This document shows positions 19,161 through 28,434 of a stretch of DNA of 64,000 nt, one piece after another. Numbering within the stretch: position 1 is the first letter of the stretch; each line of letters starts with the position of its first letter. The position numbers and the translations under genes are program-made. The stretch spans positions 12,584 through 76,583 of the forward strand of contig CBFIET010000171.1 of the NCBI GenBank assembly GCA_965661685.1, written 5' to 3'. The stretch is from Planctomycetota bacterium (GTDB taxonomy: Bacteria > Planctomycetota > UBA8108 > UBA1146). A model generated the notes under the pieces. It was not told the origin of the DNA, searched no databases, and saw nothing but the letters and a program-made list of their open reading frames with translations.

Positions 19161-21359
19161 TCAATCCTGGTCGAGTCCCCGATCCTGCTCCTCGTCAGCC
19201 GTTCCTTCGCTGCAGCGCCACCACAGGTGAAACCCTGGGGGTGGCAATACCCATGAGATCTCGGAAAAGGCGATATCGGTCGCCACTCCGTTGATCTCCA
19301 CCACCAACCGCAACTTTTCCTTGTTGATCTTGCGCACCTCGCATACCTGCTGAAACCTGGGAATGAAGACGGCGTCACCCTTGCTCAGGGTAGTCGCGGT
19401 CTTCAAGCGACGGGATGCGAGATCGGTGCTGGAGAGAGACTCCTCGAGAACCCGATATGCTTCCTGAAGAGCATTCTTCTTCGATCCGGGTAGTTCCCCT
19501 ATACGGTCGAGAATCTTCCGGATCCGTTGCACGGTATCGATGATCTTCGACTCCTGGGCTCGCTCCAGTTCGTACTCGAGGGAACCTCGAACTCGCTGTG
19601 CCTCCAGCTCCTGTCGCTCCATCTGTTCCCGATGGCGGAGGGCTTCCCGTCTATGGCGATCCGCCTCACGTGACCGTCTCTCCAGGTCCTTCTGGGAGCG
19701 CTGCATCGCATCTACGACCTCGGAATCGATGCGCTCCTGATCCTGGCTCACTTCTCGAGCTCGCTCCACGACATCGATGGGCATTCCAATCCGTTCGGCG
19801 ATGATCAGTGCGTTGGAGCGACCTGGCAGCCCCACGATCACTCGATAGGTCGGCGCCAGTTTTTGGGGATCGAACTCCATCGAGGCATTCTCGCACTTGC
19901 GGCGCCTGTATGCGTACTCCTTGAGACTTCCGAGGTGTGTCGTTACCAGCGTGAAAGTTCCCCGCTCGTAGAGGCGATCGAGGACCGCCTCCGCCAGCGG
20001 CGCACCCTCGAGGGGGTCAGTTCCAGATCCCAGTTCATCGAGCAGTACCAGGCTGCGACTGCCCGCCCTTTTCAAGATCGAGGCGACCACGGTCACGTGA
20101 GAAGAGAAGGTCGAGAGGTCCTGTTGAAGACTCTGTTCGTCGCCGATATCCGCGAGAACTTCCGCAAAGACCGGGATACTGGAGCCCTCCCCCGCCGGTA
20201 TCGGAATTCCGCAACAGACCATCAGGGAGAAGAGCCCCACCGTCTTCAGGACCACCGTCTTGCCTCCGGTGTTGGGGCCCGTCACGACGATCTGGTACCT
20301 GCCCGGATGCATCTCCAGATCCATCGGGATCACTCTCTGGTAGGCGTCCTCCAGTCGCGGGGCAACACCGGCAACGGGCTGCATCTCTCTCCACAGTAGT
20401 AGAGGGTGTCGTGCCTCCTTGAGTACCATCTCGCGACGATCAACCAGTTCAGGGACGACACAACCGAGGGTATCGGCGAAGCGTGCTCTCGCCTGCAATC
20501 CGTCCAGTTCTACCAGTTGTTGCCACAGTTGCAGGATCAACTCCCGGCGCAGACGGATCTCGCGGGTCAACTCGCCAAAGATCCTCTGAATCTCGTGCTC
20601 TTCCGCTGCCCTCGATCGCTGCAGCCGATCTCCGCTGCGCACCACCGGTTCCGGTTCGATGAACAGCGTCTGCCCCGAGGCGGATTCACCCCGCACGACC
20701 CCCTTCACCTGATGCTTGCACTCTGCCCTGATCGCCCAGCACAGCCTTCCGTGACGGGGGGTGATCACATTCCCCTGCAACGCTTTCTTCCAGGGGGATC
20801 GATCAGCATGATCGTGAAACCACTTGCGAATCTCCGAATCGATTCGTGTCGATTCCGATCTCAACCTGCTGAGTGCTTCGCTGGCGGTATCCAGAATCTC
20901 CCCGGAAGAATCGATGGAGCGCTCCAGCTGGTCGCGAATTCTCGGGATGTCCACCAACTTGCTGGAACGATCCTGAAGTCGATTTCCCGGACATCTCTCG
21001 AGAACCGATTTCAGGCGTCGGGCCCGATCGATCACCTGCCATATCGAGGCGAGCATCTTTCCGTCCAGTACCTGAGCGGAAGATTCAGGCAAGATCTCGT
21101 TGAGGTCGGCAAGCCCCTCCAGACCCATCTCCCAGTCCCGCTCCTTCATCCTCACTCCGACCTCTGCGGTCTCTTCCATGAGGCAGCGAGCCACTTCGCC
21201 ATCGGCAACGGGAATCAACTTCTGGATGTATCCCTTACCGGGACGGGACACGGCGAAGCCGGCGACGATTTCAAGAAGTTGATGGAGGTCGAGTCGACGA
21301 TGACTTGCCGAGATGATCTCCTCGACAGCAGACCTCTTGTCGGCACCGGAAGGGATCAT
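19161..21359 (-). CDS. mutS2: MutS2 family protein (no C-terminal Smr domain visible)
   Basis: SASGQTLFIEP, ARHPLL, TGPNTGGKT, DIGDEQSL..LSTFSSH, LLDELGSGTDP.EG and TTH motifs, then a coiled coil and a KOW-like end. Confidence 0.9.
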   Translation of the reverse strand: MIPSGADKRSAVEEIISASHRRLDLHQLLEIVAGFAVSRPGKGYIQKLIPVADGEVARCLMEETAEVGVRMKERDWEMGLEGLADLNEILPESSAQVLDGKMLASIWQVIDRARRLKSVLERCPGNRLQDRSSKLVDIPRIRDQLERSIDSSGEILDTASEALSRLRSESTRIDSEIRKWFHDHADRSPWKKALQGNVITPRHGRLCWAIRAECKHQVKGVVRGESASGQTLFIEPEPVVRSGDRLQRSRAAEEHEIQRIFGELTREIRLRRELILQLWQQLVELDGLQARARFADTLGCVVPELVDRREMVLKEARHPLLLWREMQPVAGVAPRLEDAYQRVIPMDLEMHPGRYQIVVTGPNTGGKTVVLKTVGLFSLMVCCGIPIPAGEGSSIPVFAEVLADIGDEQSLQQDLSTFSSHVTVVASILKRAGSRSLVLLDELGSGTDPLEGAPLAEAVLDRLYERGTFTLVTTHLGSLKEYAYRRRKCENASMEFDPQKLAPTYRVIVGLPGRSNALIIAERIGMPIDVVERAREVSQDQERIDSEVVDAMQRSQKDLERRSREADRHRREALRHREQMERQELEAQRVRGSLEYELERAQESKIIDTVQRIRKILDRIGELPGSKKNALQEAYRVLEESLSSTDLASRRLKTATTLSKGDAVFIPRFQQVCEVRKINKEKLRLVVEINGVATDIAFSEISWVLPPPGFHLWWRCSEGTADEEQDRGLDQD

Positions 21360-21469
21360 CGGACGGCGTGCTTTTCGGCGAGCCCTGCTCCGTGGATCGG
21401 GTTTCTTGCCAGACAAGCGATGCTCCCTCTCAACGATCCCCACCGGGGATCTGCCCGGCACCGCAGATG

Positions 21470-22930
21470 CTAACTGATTTCGTCGACGATGCGCAGTTGA
21501 TCGCCATCTCGAAGGAGGCTCCGGGCCCGATCCATGCACTCCCTCGCCGCCTGGCCCGGTGAAACCCCGATCACCCCGCCTCCCCGTATTCCAGGGAGAT
21601 TCTCCAGCAGACGACGGGTGATTCCTGGTGCGGCAGTTCCCTTCTCCGGCTGATCGAGAAGGATCCACAGCCTCTCATCGGCCACCTCGACCCAATCGCA
21701 CCCTCGAAGTTGCTCGATGATCCGATCAGACAGCTTCTTCACCCCGTCGGGATGCTCCAGGACCAGAACTCCTGGTGCGGCAGCTCCACGCTTTTGTGCC
21801 GCGTCGATTCGACTGTTGAGCAGCCTCTCGAATCGGTTTTCAGGAGCTTCGGTGACGGGAGTCCCATCCTCGGTGGTGGCGGGAATCAGATCATCGATGA
21901 GGGGAAGAAGCCGAAAAGCTCGGAAGAACTCACGACGAGCGGCTCGAGGATCTCGAGCCAGAAAGCCGAGCCAGGAACCCGTGATGGGAACTCCGATGAA
22001 GGGCCCCAGTGTCCCGGCCTCCGTTGGAATTGGTGAATCGAGGTCGATCTCATCTCCGATGCTCCGCAAGACCGCTCCTGGATTGCGCCCACCTGCCTTG
22101 ACCGAAACCGACCCATCTTCACGACTCAACTCGACCCAGCCCAGAAAGGCAGGATCCCCGACAACCCAGTTCCGCAATGCTTCCGTTGATCTGGTGCCGG
22201 ACAGTCTCGCCTCGAGAAGTACTTTCACCGCCTCGATGGGATCGGGCTGAAGATCATCCTCGATATCGACGGGCGGTTCCATCTCGACCGCCCCCATCAA
22301 ACTCAACTTTTCTTCTTCGTTGAGAAGTTCACTGGGCTGGCGAATCTCCGCAGGAAATTGCTCCGACCGGGGTTGGAGATCTTCCTGGCGGGCTTCTTCT
22401 TGGTGGGCTTCTTCTTGGTGGCCTTCTTCGGAGAATTCGCTACGGGGCTCCTCCTCCGTAGAGTTCGCCACCGGGAAGATGAAGTCCAGAGTCTCCCGGT
22501 TCGACTCCGCAAGCAGCGGTCGGACCAGGGTGCGTTGTCGGGGCCAGTCGGGCAGTTCCCGGTCCAGAATCAGCACCAGACGAGAATGGTACTCGTGCAG
22601 ATCGTTGCGATCCGCCGGGTCAGACACGATCAGTACATCGCACCCCCCCAGCATGCCGTCTTGCTGTGCCTCCTTCAGATCGTGATAGGGATGCAGTTCG
22701 ATCCCTCCCTCGTCCGTGATGCGCTGTTCAAGATCGTAGTGATCACCGGTATTGCCGTTGTGGATCAGCACCACCCAGCGGCCAATCTGCCTGGCAGCCT
22801 CATCGATCGCCTGCTGACGCAGTAGTTTGCGGGCGGAATCTCTGCGATCCTCGCCCTCTCCATCGTTCCGATAAAGATGCGAGGCGAGGGAATCATCTGA
22901 GGAGTCATCGGGAGGGGCAAACTCAGCCAA
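21470..22930 (-). CDS. Hypothetical signalling protein (receiver-like N-terminus, degenerate GGDEF-like C-terminus)
   Basis: 486-aa ORF with TTG start after GGAG. Domain resemblance judged by eye only. Confidence 0.55.
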   Translation of the reverse strand: MAEFAPPDDSSDDSLASHLYRNDGEGEDRRDSARKLLRQQAIDEAARQIGRWVVLIHNGNTGDHYDLEQRITDEGGIELHPYHDLKEAQQDGMLGGCDVLIVSDPADRNDLHEYHSRLVLILDRELPDWPRQRTLVRPLLAESNRETLDFIFPVANSTEEEPRSEFSEEGHQEEAHQEEARQEDLQPRSEQFPAEIRQPSELLNEEEKLSLMGAVEMEPPVDIEDDLQPDPIEAVKVLLEARLSGTRSTEALRNWVVGDPAFLGWVELSREDGSVSVKAGGRNPGAVLRSIGDEIDLDSPIPTEAGTLGPFIGVPITGSWLGFLARDPRAARREFFRAFRLLPLIDDLIPATTEDGTPVTEAPENRFERLLNSRIDAAQKRGAAAPGVLVLEHPDGVKKLSDRIIEQLRGCDWVEVADERLWILLDQPEKGTAAPGITRRLLENLPGIRGGGVIGVSPGQAARECMDRARSLLRDGDQLRIVDEIS

Positions 22931-23018
22931 GGTAATCTCCGGGAATCTAATGAAGCCAGACTCCGATGAAACCCTCCAGAGTGAAGCCCGTCAACCAGCA
23001 GATCGGTCCTGTACCGAA

Positions 23019-24254
23019 TTAACGGATCTCGGTGTAACGACCCTGATTGTCGTGTGCTAGACGTCTCAGGAACTCCCTGGCCCGTGCTTCGTCCTGATTC
23101 GGGGCATCTCCGGCGAACAATCCGATGCAGTGGATTCGAGTTCCTCGATAACGATTCCAGCGGCTCACCGCATCGAGAATCAGGGTTCCAGAGGTCTCCT
23201 CACCCACCGTCGGACTTCCATCGGAGAGCAGATAGATGGTATCCACATCGCGGTCGGCGAAGGCAGCCTCCAGCGCTCCGAAGGAGTTGGTCTCTCCCCC
23301 TGCGCTGAGTTTGGATACGAACTCCAGCGCCTTCTTCAAGGCGCCCCCCTTCGCCTTCACAAGCCGTGGAGAGAGTCTCAATACATCTTCAGAGAAGGCC
23401 ACGACCGAGAACTTGCTCTTGGGATCAAGGCCCGTCTCCAGTGCCCGCTGCAGTTCTTTTCTGGCCACCTCGATCCTCGATCCTCCCACCGAGGTTTCCG
23501 CCAGCATGCTACCGGAGACATCGAGCAGGAACATCACCCGCTCGCTGACGATCTCTCCGTACAATCCCTGCTTCACCGCAGTTCCCAGGCTCTTTTCCTC
23601 GTCGATGTCAGATGAGGAAGTTTGAGTGGGCGGTATCCACTCATCACCGACCTCGTTCCACCACACACGCCAGTCGGCAACATCGGTCCCGAACTTCTGA
23701 GCGGTAAGAACCACCAGCGCATCTCGAAAGTCATCCTTCATTCGACCCTTGGCGTCCTGCATCCGCTCGATCAGTTCTCCAACCACCTCGGGAGCGGGAT
23801 GATCTCGGAGTCCACGGATCGCTTCCGAGACGACGAGCCAGGCCCGGTCGCCGAGTCCCTTGAGGAGTTCCGGTCGTGACAGTTGCTGGGGCCAGGCCCG
23901 CAGAACTCGCAGGGCATCGAGTCTCCGCTCCGGATCCTTCGACTTGTGGGCAGCGATCTGGATCGCCTCCCTGGCTCCTTCCGATTCGAGTCCTCGAAGG
24001 AGTCGTAGCGCTTCCTGGTGAACCAGCAGACTCTCATGAGCCATTCCGTAGCGAAGCATCAGCTCGGCGCTCTCCTTGCGATCCTCTGCCCCCAGCGATT
24101 CGATGGCATCACAGATCGCAGACTCACTGCGCTTGCGGAGAGCCTCCATCAGGGCAGACTTCGCCTCCTCGAATCCGTCTGTAGCGGTCACTTCCAGGCT
24201 GCTCGGTCCCGTCACCCACAGACACATCAACAACGACAGTCCTTGCATCATCAC
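23019..24254 (-). CDS. Exported HEAT-repeat + von Willebrand A domain protein
   Basis: Signal-like N-terminus, HEAT-like helical repeats, W..WW linker, MIDAS FLLDVSGSM, GETN..AL..A and IYLLSDGSPT. Confidence 0.85.
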   Translation of the reverse strand: MMMQGLSLLMCLWVTGPSSLEVTATDGFEEAKSALMEALRKRSESAICDAIESLGAEDRKESAELMLRYGMAHESLLVHQEALRLLRGLESEGAREAIQIAAHKSKDPERRLDALRVLRAWPQQLSRPELLKGLGDRAWLVVSEAIRGLRDHPAPEVVGELIERMQDAKGRMKDDFRDALVVLTAQKFGTDVADWRVWWNEVGDEWIPPTQTSSSDIDEEKSLGTAVKQGLYGEIVSERVMFLLDVSGSMLAETSVGGSRIEVARKELQRALETGLDPKSKFSVVAFSEDVLRLSPRLVKAKGGALKKALEFVSKLSAGGETNSFGALEAAFADRDVDTIYLLSDGSPTVGEETSGTLILDAVSRWNRYRGTRIHCIGLFAGDAPNQDEARAREFLRRLAHDNQGRYTEIR

Positions 24255-24904
24255 AGTTCTGCTCCTTCATCATCGAGGCCGGAGTCTTCGATCTCCTCGA
24301 CGACGATTTTCTTCACCGCTGCCCGTAACGAGGCCACATCCGCCGATTTCTCGAGTAACTGCTCGCCGATCATCCGATCGAGAGACTTTGACAGAGCATT
24401 CCTGGTGACGGAATGACTGCGGATCAACAAGGAAACCAGTTCGTCGACCAGGTGATCGGTGGCGATGTCTGCCAGCAACTGGGGAGCACGTCCGGCACTC
24501 CGTTGCAGATCATCACCGGCGGAGGGAAGGTTTTGGATCTTCTCTGCCGCCAGTTTCACCAGTTCATCGAGGCGATCCTGATTGCGCAGGTCGGTGCGGT
24601 TCAACTGCTCCAGATCGGTTTCGCTGGTCACCGGGATCAGGCATACAGATCCCAGTTCGATCACATCGCCGTGGCTCAGATCACGCACATCGACGCTTTC
24701 TCCCGCGACGAATGTACCGTTGGAACTTCCCAGATCCGCCACGACGATGCGCCCCTCATCGACGGTCAAAGCGCAGTGTTGTCTGCTGAGATGGGGATCA
24801 TCGAGTTTGACATGACAGCCACGAGATCTGCCCAGCGTGATGGTCCCCTCTTCCAGGGGAACACGCCGCGGAATGCCGTCGTGAATCAGCAGATACAACT
24901 TCAT
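24251..24904 (-). CDS. FHA domain protein
   Basis: LGRS, LSRQHC, DLGSSNGTFV and L.HGDVIELG. 4-nt overlap with the vWA gene. Confidence 0.9.
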   Translation of the reverse strand: MKLYLLIHDGIPRRVPLEEGTITLGRSRGCHVKLDDPHLSRQHCALTVDEGRIVVADLGSSNGTFVAGESVDVRDLSHGDVIELGSVCLIPVTSETDLEQLNRTDLRNQDRLDELVKLAAEKIQNLPSAGDDLQRSAGRAPQLLADIATDHLVDELVSLLIRSHSVTRNALSKSLDRMIGEQLLEKSADVASLRAAVKKIVVEEIEDSGLDDEGAEL

Positions 24905-25231
24905 CAGAAGATCACTCTTCCCATTTCTCACGCCCAGCAACGACTTCCACCGCTGCGGATCGAGGCGCTGCTGTAGGCAACGGTTCCGTGGGCCTCGCCG
25001 GGTAGCGGTTTGCTACCCCATCCGAGGTATCTTCACCTGTTCCGGAGTGAACTCAACTCTCCTGTCTCCGGGAAGTGACGGCAGTCTCTCCAGCCATCGA
25101 GCCAATTCGCTTCTATTCCCGGCGGGAAGTCGCTTCTTGAAAACTATTTCCGAGTATCGAACTCTGGCCCGTACCTTGCAGTGTGATCGGTATCGAATGG
25201 TAAGTGGCCCGTTAGCAGGAATAGAGATTTC

Positions 25232-26566
25232 ATGAATCAGATCTCCAAAACAGCGACGTTACTGCTTCTCACCCTCCTGATGGGGTGTGTCACGGTGCTG
25301 CTCGACACCACCGACCACGGCGATGCAACGCCGGGGGGGATGACCTCCAGCAGCGCTCCCCCCCCATCTGGAGATTCCACCACTGTCGGCGTAGTACCAA
25401 TTGTTGCTCCACAGGAGGAGTTAGCCCCCTTCATCGACAACGCCCTCGACTGGCTGGCGAAGGCACAGCACGACAGCGGCGGTTGGGGTGCAGGATCCCA
25501 CTCATCACAGCAGGTTCGAAATCCCCACGAGGTCCAGACCGATCCTGCGACGACAGCCTTCACTGCGATGGCACTGCTTCGAATCGGTGGCGATCCCACC
25601 ACCGGTAGATTCAAGGAGCACCTTCGCAAGGCCACCGAACATCTGGTGCGAGTGGTCGAGGAATCGGAGGTTGACGGTCCTTCCGTCACGACACTCCGGG
25701 GAACCCAACCTCAAACGAAACTCGGCCAATTCATCGATACCTCGATGACTTTGCAGTTCCTGTCGCGAATCCTCCCCAAATTCCCCGACTCGGATCCACT
25801 GCATCCACAGGTCGATTCAGCCCTCGACAAGTGCCTCGTCAAGTTACAGAACTCCCAGAAGGAGGATGGCAGCTGGGGAGGTGGTTCCTGGGCAGGAGTA
25901 CTGCAATCTTCGGTGGGCTGTTCCGCACTTGAATGGGCAGTGGCGGCGGGTAAAGAGGTCGACCTGGGAGCACTCGACCGTGCCAGGGAGCACCAAAAAG
26001 ACAACTTCAACGTGGAGACTGGGAGAGCTTCGGCAGCGGACTCGGCAGGAATCGAGTTGTACGCCTTCGCCGGATCACAACGCGCCGCCGCCAGTGAAGC
26101 AGGAGCGGCTCGTCAGATCATCGAGGCTGCAAAGAAGAATGGTCTCCTGCCAGCCGATGCGGAGTGCACCGTAGCCAACCTTGAGTTGTGCGGGATCGAG
26201 GCACCGAGGGCGACAATCCTTGCCAACTCCTTCACCCAGAACAATGCTCAACTGGCCCTGCTCGACGATGAACAGCTGTTGAGTGGCTTCGGTAACAACG
26301 GCGGGGAGGAGTTTCTCAGTTACATGCTCACCAGCGAGTCGCTGGTTCTCCAGGGGGGCAATGCGTGGCCAAAGTGGAAGCAAAAGATGCACACCCGCTT
26401 GGCCAAGATCCAGATTTCCGACGGCAGTTGGACCGGACACCACTGCATCACCAGTCCAGTCTTCTGCACCGCAGCGGTCGTGCAATGCCTGACCGCTGAC
26501 CGCGACGAGGAGTTGCTGCGCATCCTCAACAATCGAGATGCTCAGAGTAAACCGGAAGAACTGTAG
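25232..26566 (+). CDS. Prenyltransferase/squalene-oxidase-repeat (alpha/alpha barrel) lipoprotein 1
   Basis: Lipobox-like LMGC and QW-type repeats WLAKAQHDSGGW, QKEDGSW and QISDGSW. C-terminal GHHCITSPVFCTA. Confidence 0.75.
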   Translation: MNQISKTATLLLLTLLMGCVTVLLDTTDHGDATPGGMTSSSAPPPSGDSTTVGVVPIVAPQEELAPFIDNALDWLAKAQHDSGGWGAGSHSSQQVRNPHEVQTDPATTAFTAMALLRIGGDPTTGRFKEHLRKATEHLVRVVEESEVDGPSVTTLRGTQPQTKLGQFIDTSMTLQFLSRILPKFPDSDPLHPQVDSALDKCLVKLQNSQKEDGSWGGGSWAGVLQSSVGCSALEWAVAAGKEVDLGALDRAREHQKDNFNVETGRASAADSAGIELYAFAGSQRAAASEAGAARQIIEAAKKNGLLPADAECTVANLELCGIEAPRATILANSFTQNNAQLALLDDEQLLSGFGNNGGEEFLSYMLTSESLVLQGGNAWPKWKQKMHTRLAKIQISDGSWTGHHCITSPVFCTAAVVQCLTADRDEELLRILNNRDAQSKPEEL

Positions 26567-26569
26567 CCG

Positions 26570-27715
26570 ATGCTCCGGGACGGTTTGAAATTGTACTTGA
26601 GCCTCATCCTGATGATTTCGCCGGGGGGATGTTCAACTTCGGAACCCACGCCCGTAGTTGCTTCCCCCCAGCTAGTACTCGAACGTGCCTGCAACTATCT
26701 CTGGGCGAAACAGGCCGAGGATGGTGGATGGCATTCCGAGACTCATGGCCTGCTCCGTTCCGGCCAGGCATTGACGCCCTTTGTACTCTTCACCCTGCTC
26801 GAGATGGCTCCCGACGTTGCCCAGCAACACAGCGGCGATGTGGCACGCGCCATCGACTTCATCCGAAGCAGTGTCAATGACGAGGGGATCGTCGGACTGA
26901 ACGACCCCGATGTGGCCGAGTACCCCAACTATTCCAGTGCCTTCGCCCTGCGTTGCCTGATCGCCGCAGGAGAACCGGGAGACCGCCACCTCATCGATCG
27001 AATCAGTCGATACCTGCAATCTCAGCAGTTCTCACAGAAACGTGGATTCGGGCGTGAGCATCCAGTTCACGGAGCGTGGGGATTCGGTGGCCCACTGCCG
27101 CGGGGCGGATCGCCTGGCCATGTCGACATCTCCTACACTCGTCATGTTCTGGAAGCCCTTCGGGATGCCAACGCCATCGATTCCGGGATCTCGTCCAGGG
27201 CTCACCTGTTTCTCCAGCGGATGCAACGAGAAGGTGGTTTCTACTTCTCATCCGTGGTGGAAGCGGCAAACAAGGGTGCAAGAGAAGCCGCTCCCGATGG
27301 CGAGGGCACCATCCATTTGCCCTACGCCACCGCCACCAGCGAAGGGCTGCTGGCGCTGCTGGCTGCGGGAGTGAAGAGGGATGACGGGAGAGTACTCCTC
27401 GCCATCGATTGGCTCGATTCACACCCCGACCTGGCCCACCCCGGCGGCATCCCACGCGATCACCCCGAGCGCTGGGGTCAGGTGCTCTTCTACTATCATC
27501 TCGCCATCCGTGGAGAGGTTGCCAGAGCTTGCGGAGTTGGATCTCGATTGCGGGAGCCGATGACGGAGCTACTGGTGGAGCGACAGCGCACCGATGGAAG
27601 TTTCATCAATCCCCACGGCACCCTGATGAAGGAGGACGATCCGATCCTCGCCACAGCCCTTGCGGCCACCGCTCTCGGAACTGTACTCAGTCCCGCTCCC
27701 GCTCCGCCTCGTTGA
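26570..27715 (+). CDS. Prenyltransferase/squalene-oxidase-repeat (alpha/alpha barrel) protein 2
   Basis: Signal ending in PGGC, repeats YLWAKQAEDGGW, MQREGGF and QRTDGSF, plus YPNY and GAWGFGG. Confidence 0.75.
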   Translation: MLRDGLKLYLSLILMISPGGCSTSEPTPVVASPQLVLERACNYLWAKQAEDGGWHSETHGLLRSGQALTPFVLFTLLEMAPDVAQQHSGDVARAIDFIRSSVNDEGIVGLNDPDVAEYPNYSSAFALRCLIAAGEPGDRHLIDRISRYLQSQQFSQKRGFGREHPVHGAWGFGGPLPRGGSPGHVDISYTRHVLEALRDANAIDSGISSRAHLFLQRMQREGGFYFSSVVEAANKGAREAAPDGEGTIHLPYATATSEGLLALLAAGVKRDDGRVLLAIDWLDSHPDLAHPGGIPRDHPERWGQVLFYYHLAIRGEVARACGVGSRLREPMTELLVERQRTDGSFINPHGTLMKEDDPILATALAATALGTVLSPAPAPPR

Positions 27716-28103
27716 AGCGGGTGAAGAACTCCGGTAGCCTTCTCGGCTTGCCGGTCCCGGCATCGATGCACGCCAGGGTGGTACTGCCATGGCACACCGT
27801 TTCCCCCCTGGGCGAAGTGACCTCGTAGCCGAGGACGATTCGAGCACCCCGAGCCTCCTTCAGCCGGGTCTCGATCTGCAGGAGATCGTCGTACAGCGCA
27901 GGAGATCGGTACTGCACCGACACCTCAGCGACAAGCAAGCGGATCCCTTGCGACTCCAGGGTCGTATAGGGCATTTCCATCTCGCGTAACCACTCGGTTC
28001 GAGCGCTCTCGAACCAGACGATGTGACGGGAATGATGTGCGATCCCCCCCTGGTCCGTCTCTTCGTAGCGGACGCGCACGCTACTGACCCCGAACGGCTT
28101 CAC
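27687..28103 (-). CDS. Acyl-CoA thioesterase (YbgC/4HBT family)
   Basis: RVRYEETDQGGIAHHSRHIVWFESARTEW and YRSPALYDD. Confidence 0.9.
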   Translation of the reverse strand: MKPFGVSSVRVRYEETDQGGIAHHSRHIVWFESARTEWLREMEMPYTTLESQGIRLLVAEVSVQYRSPALYDDLLQIETRLKEARGARIVLGYEVTSPRGETVCHGSTTLACIDAGTGKPRRLPEFFTRFNEAERERD

Positions 28104-28369
28104 TGGATCTCCTCGGGATTGCCATCACGGCGCTTGAACCGGTGCTCAAACATCCTTCGAATTTCCGCCTGGGGGTAGCCAAGATCACGCCAGTGTAGAT
28201 ATGCCTTGACCGAACTGACCGTCTGGTCGTCGTAGAGATATCGGCCCGAATCGGTCACCTCAGCCGGTGCGATCAGTCGCATCGTCACCAGACTCTGGAG
28301 CAGCTGCCGGCTGATGCCGGTTCGCTCCATCAATTCCCGAGGCTTCAGTAGTACAGGTTCGGAACACAT
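28100..28369 (-). CDS. Small MerR-type HTH regulator
   Basis: ELMERTGISRQ...LI.P..TDSGRYLY...LGYPQAEIR. Confidence 0.75.
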   Translation of the reverse strand: MCSEPVLLKPRELMERTGISRQLLQSLVTMRLIAPAEVTDSGRYLYDDQTVSSVKAYLHWRDLGYPQAEIRRMFEHRFKRRDGNPEEIQ

Positions 28370-28434
28370 GGAATCAGGTTATCACGGGGTCCACCCGCGG
28401 GAAACGCACGGTATCCTCTGGTCAGGAGGATCTC

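Noticed and set aside
25232-27715. Squalene-hopene cyclase / hopanoid cluster
   Set aside because: Each protein is a single barrel with a signal peptide, there is no DxDD motif, and no hpn genes are nearby.
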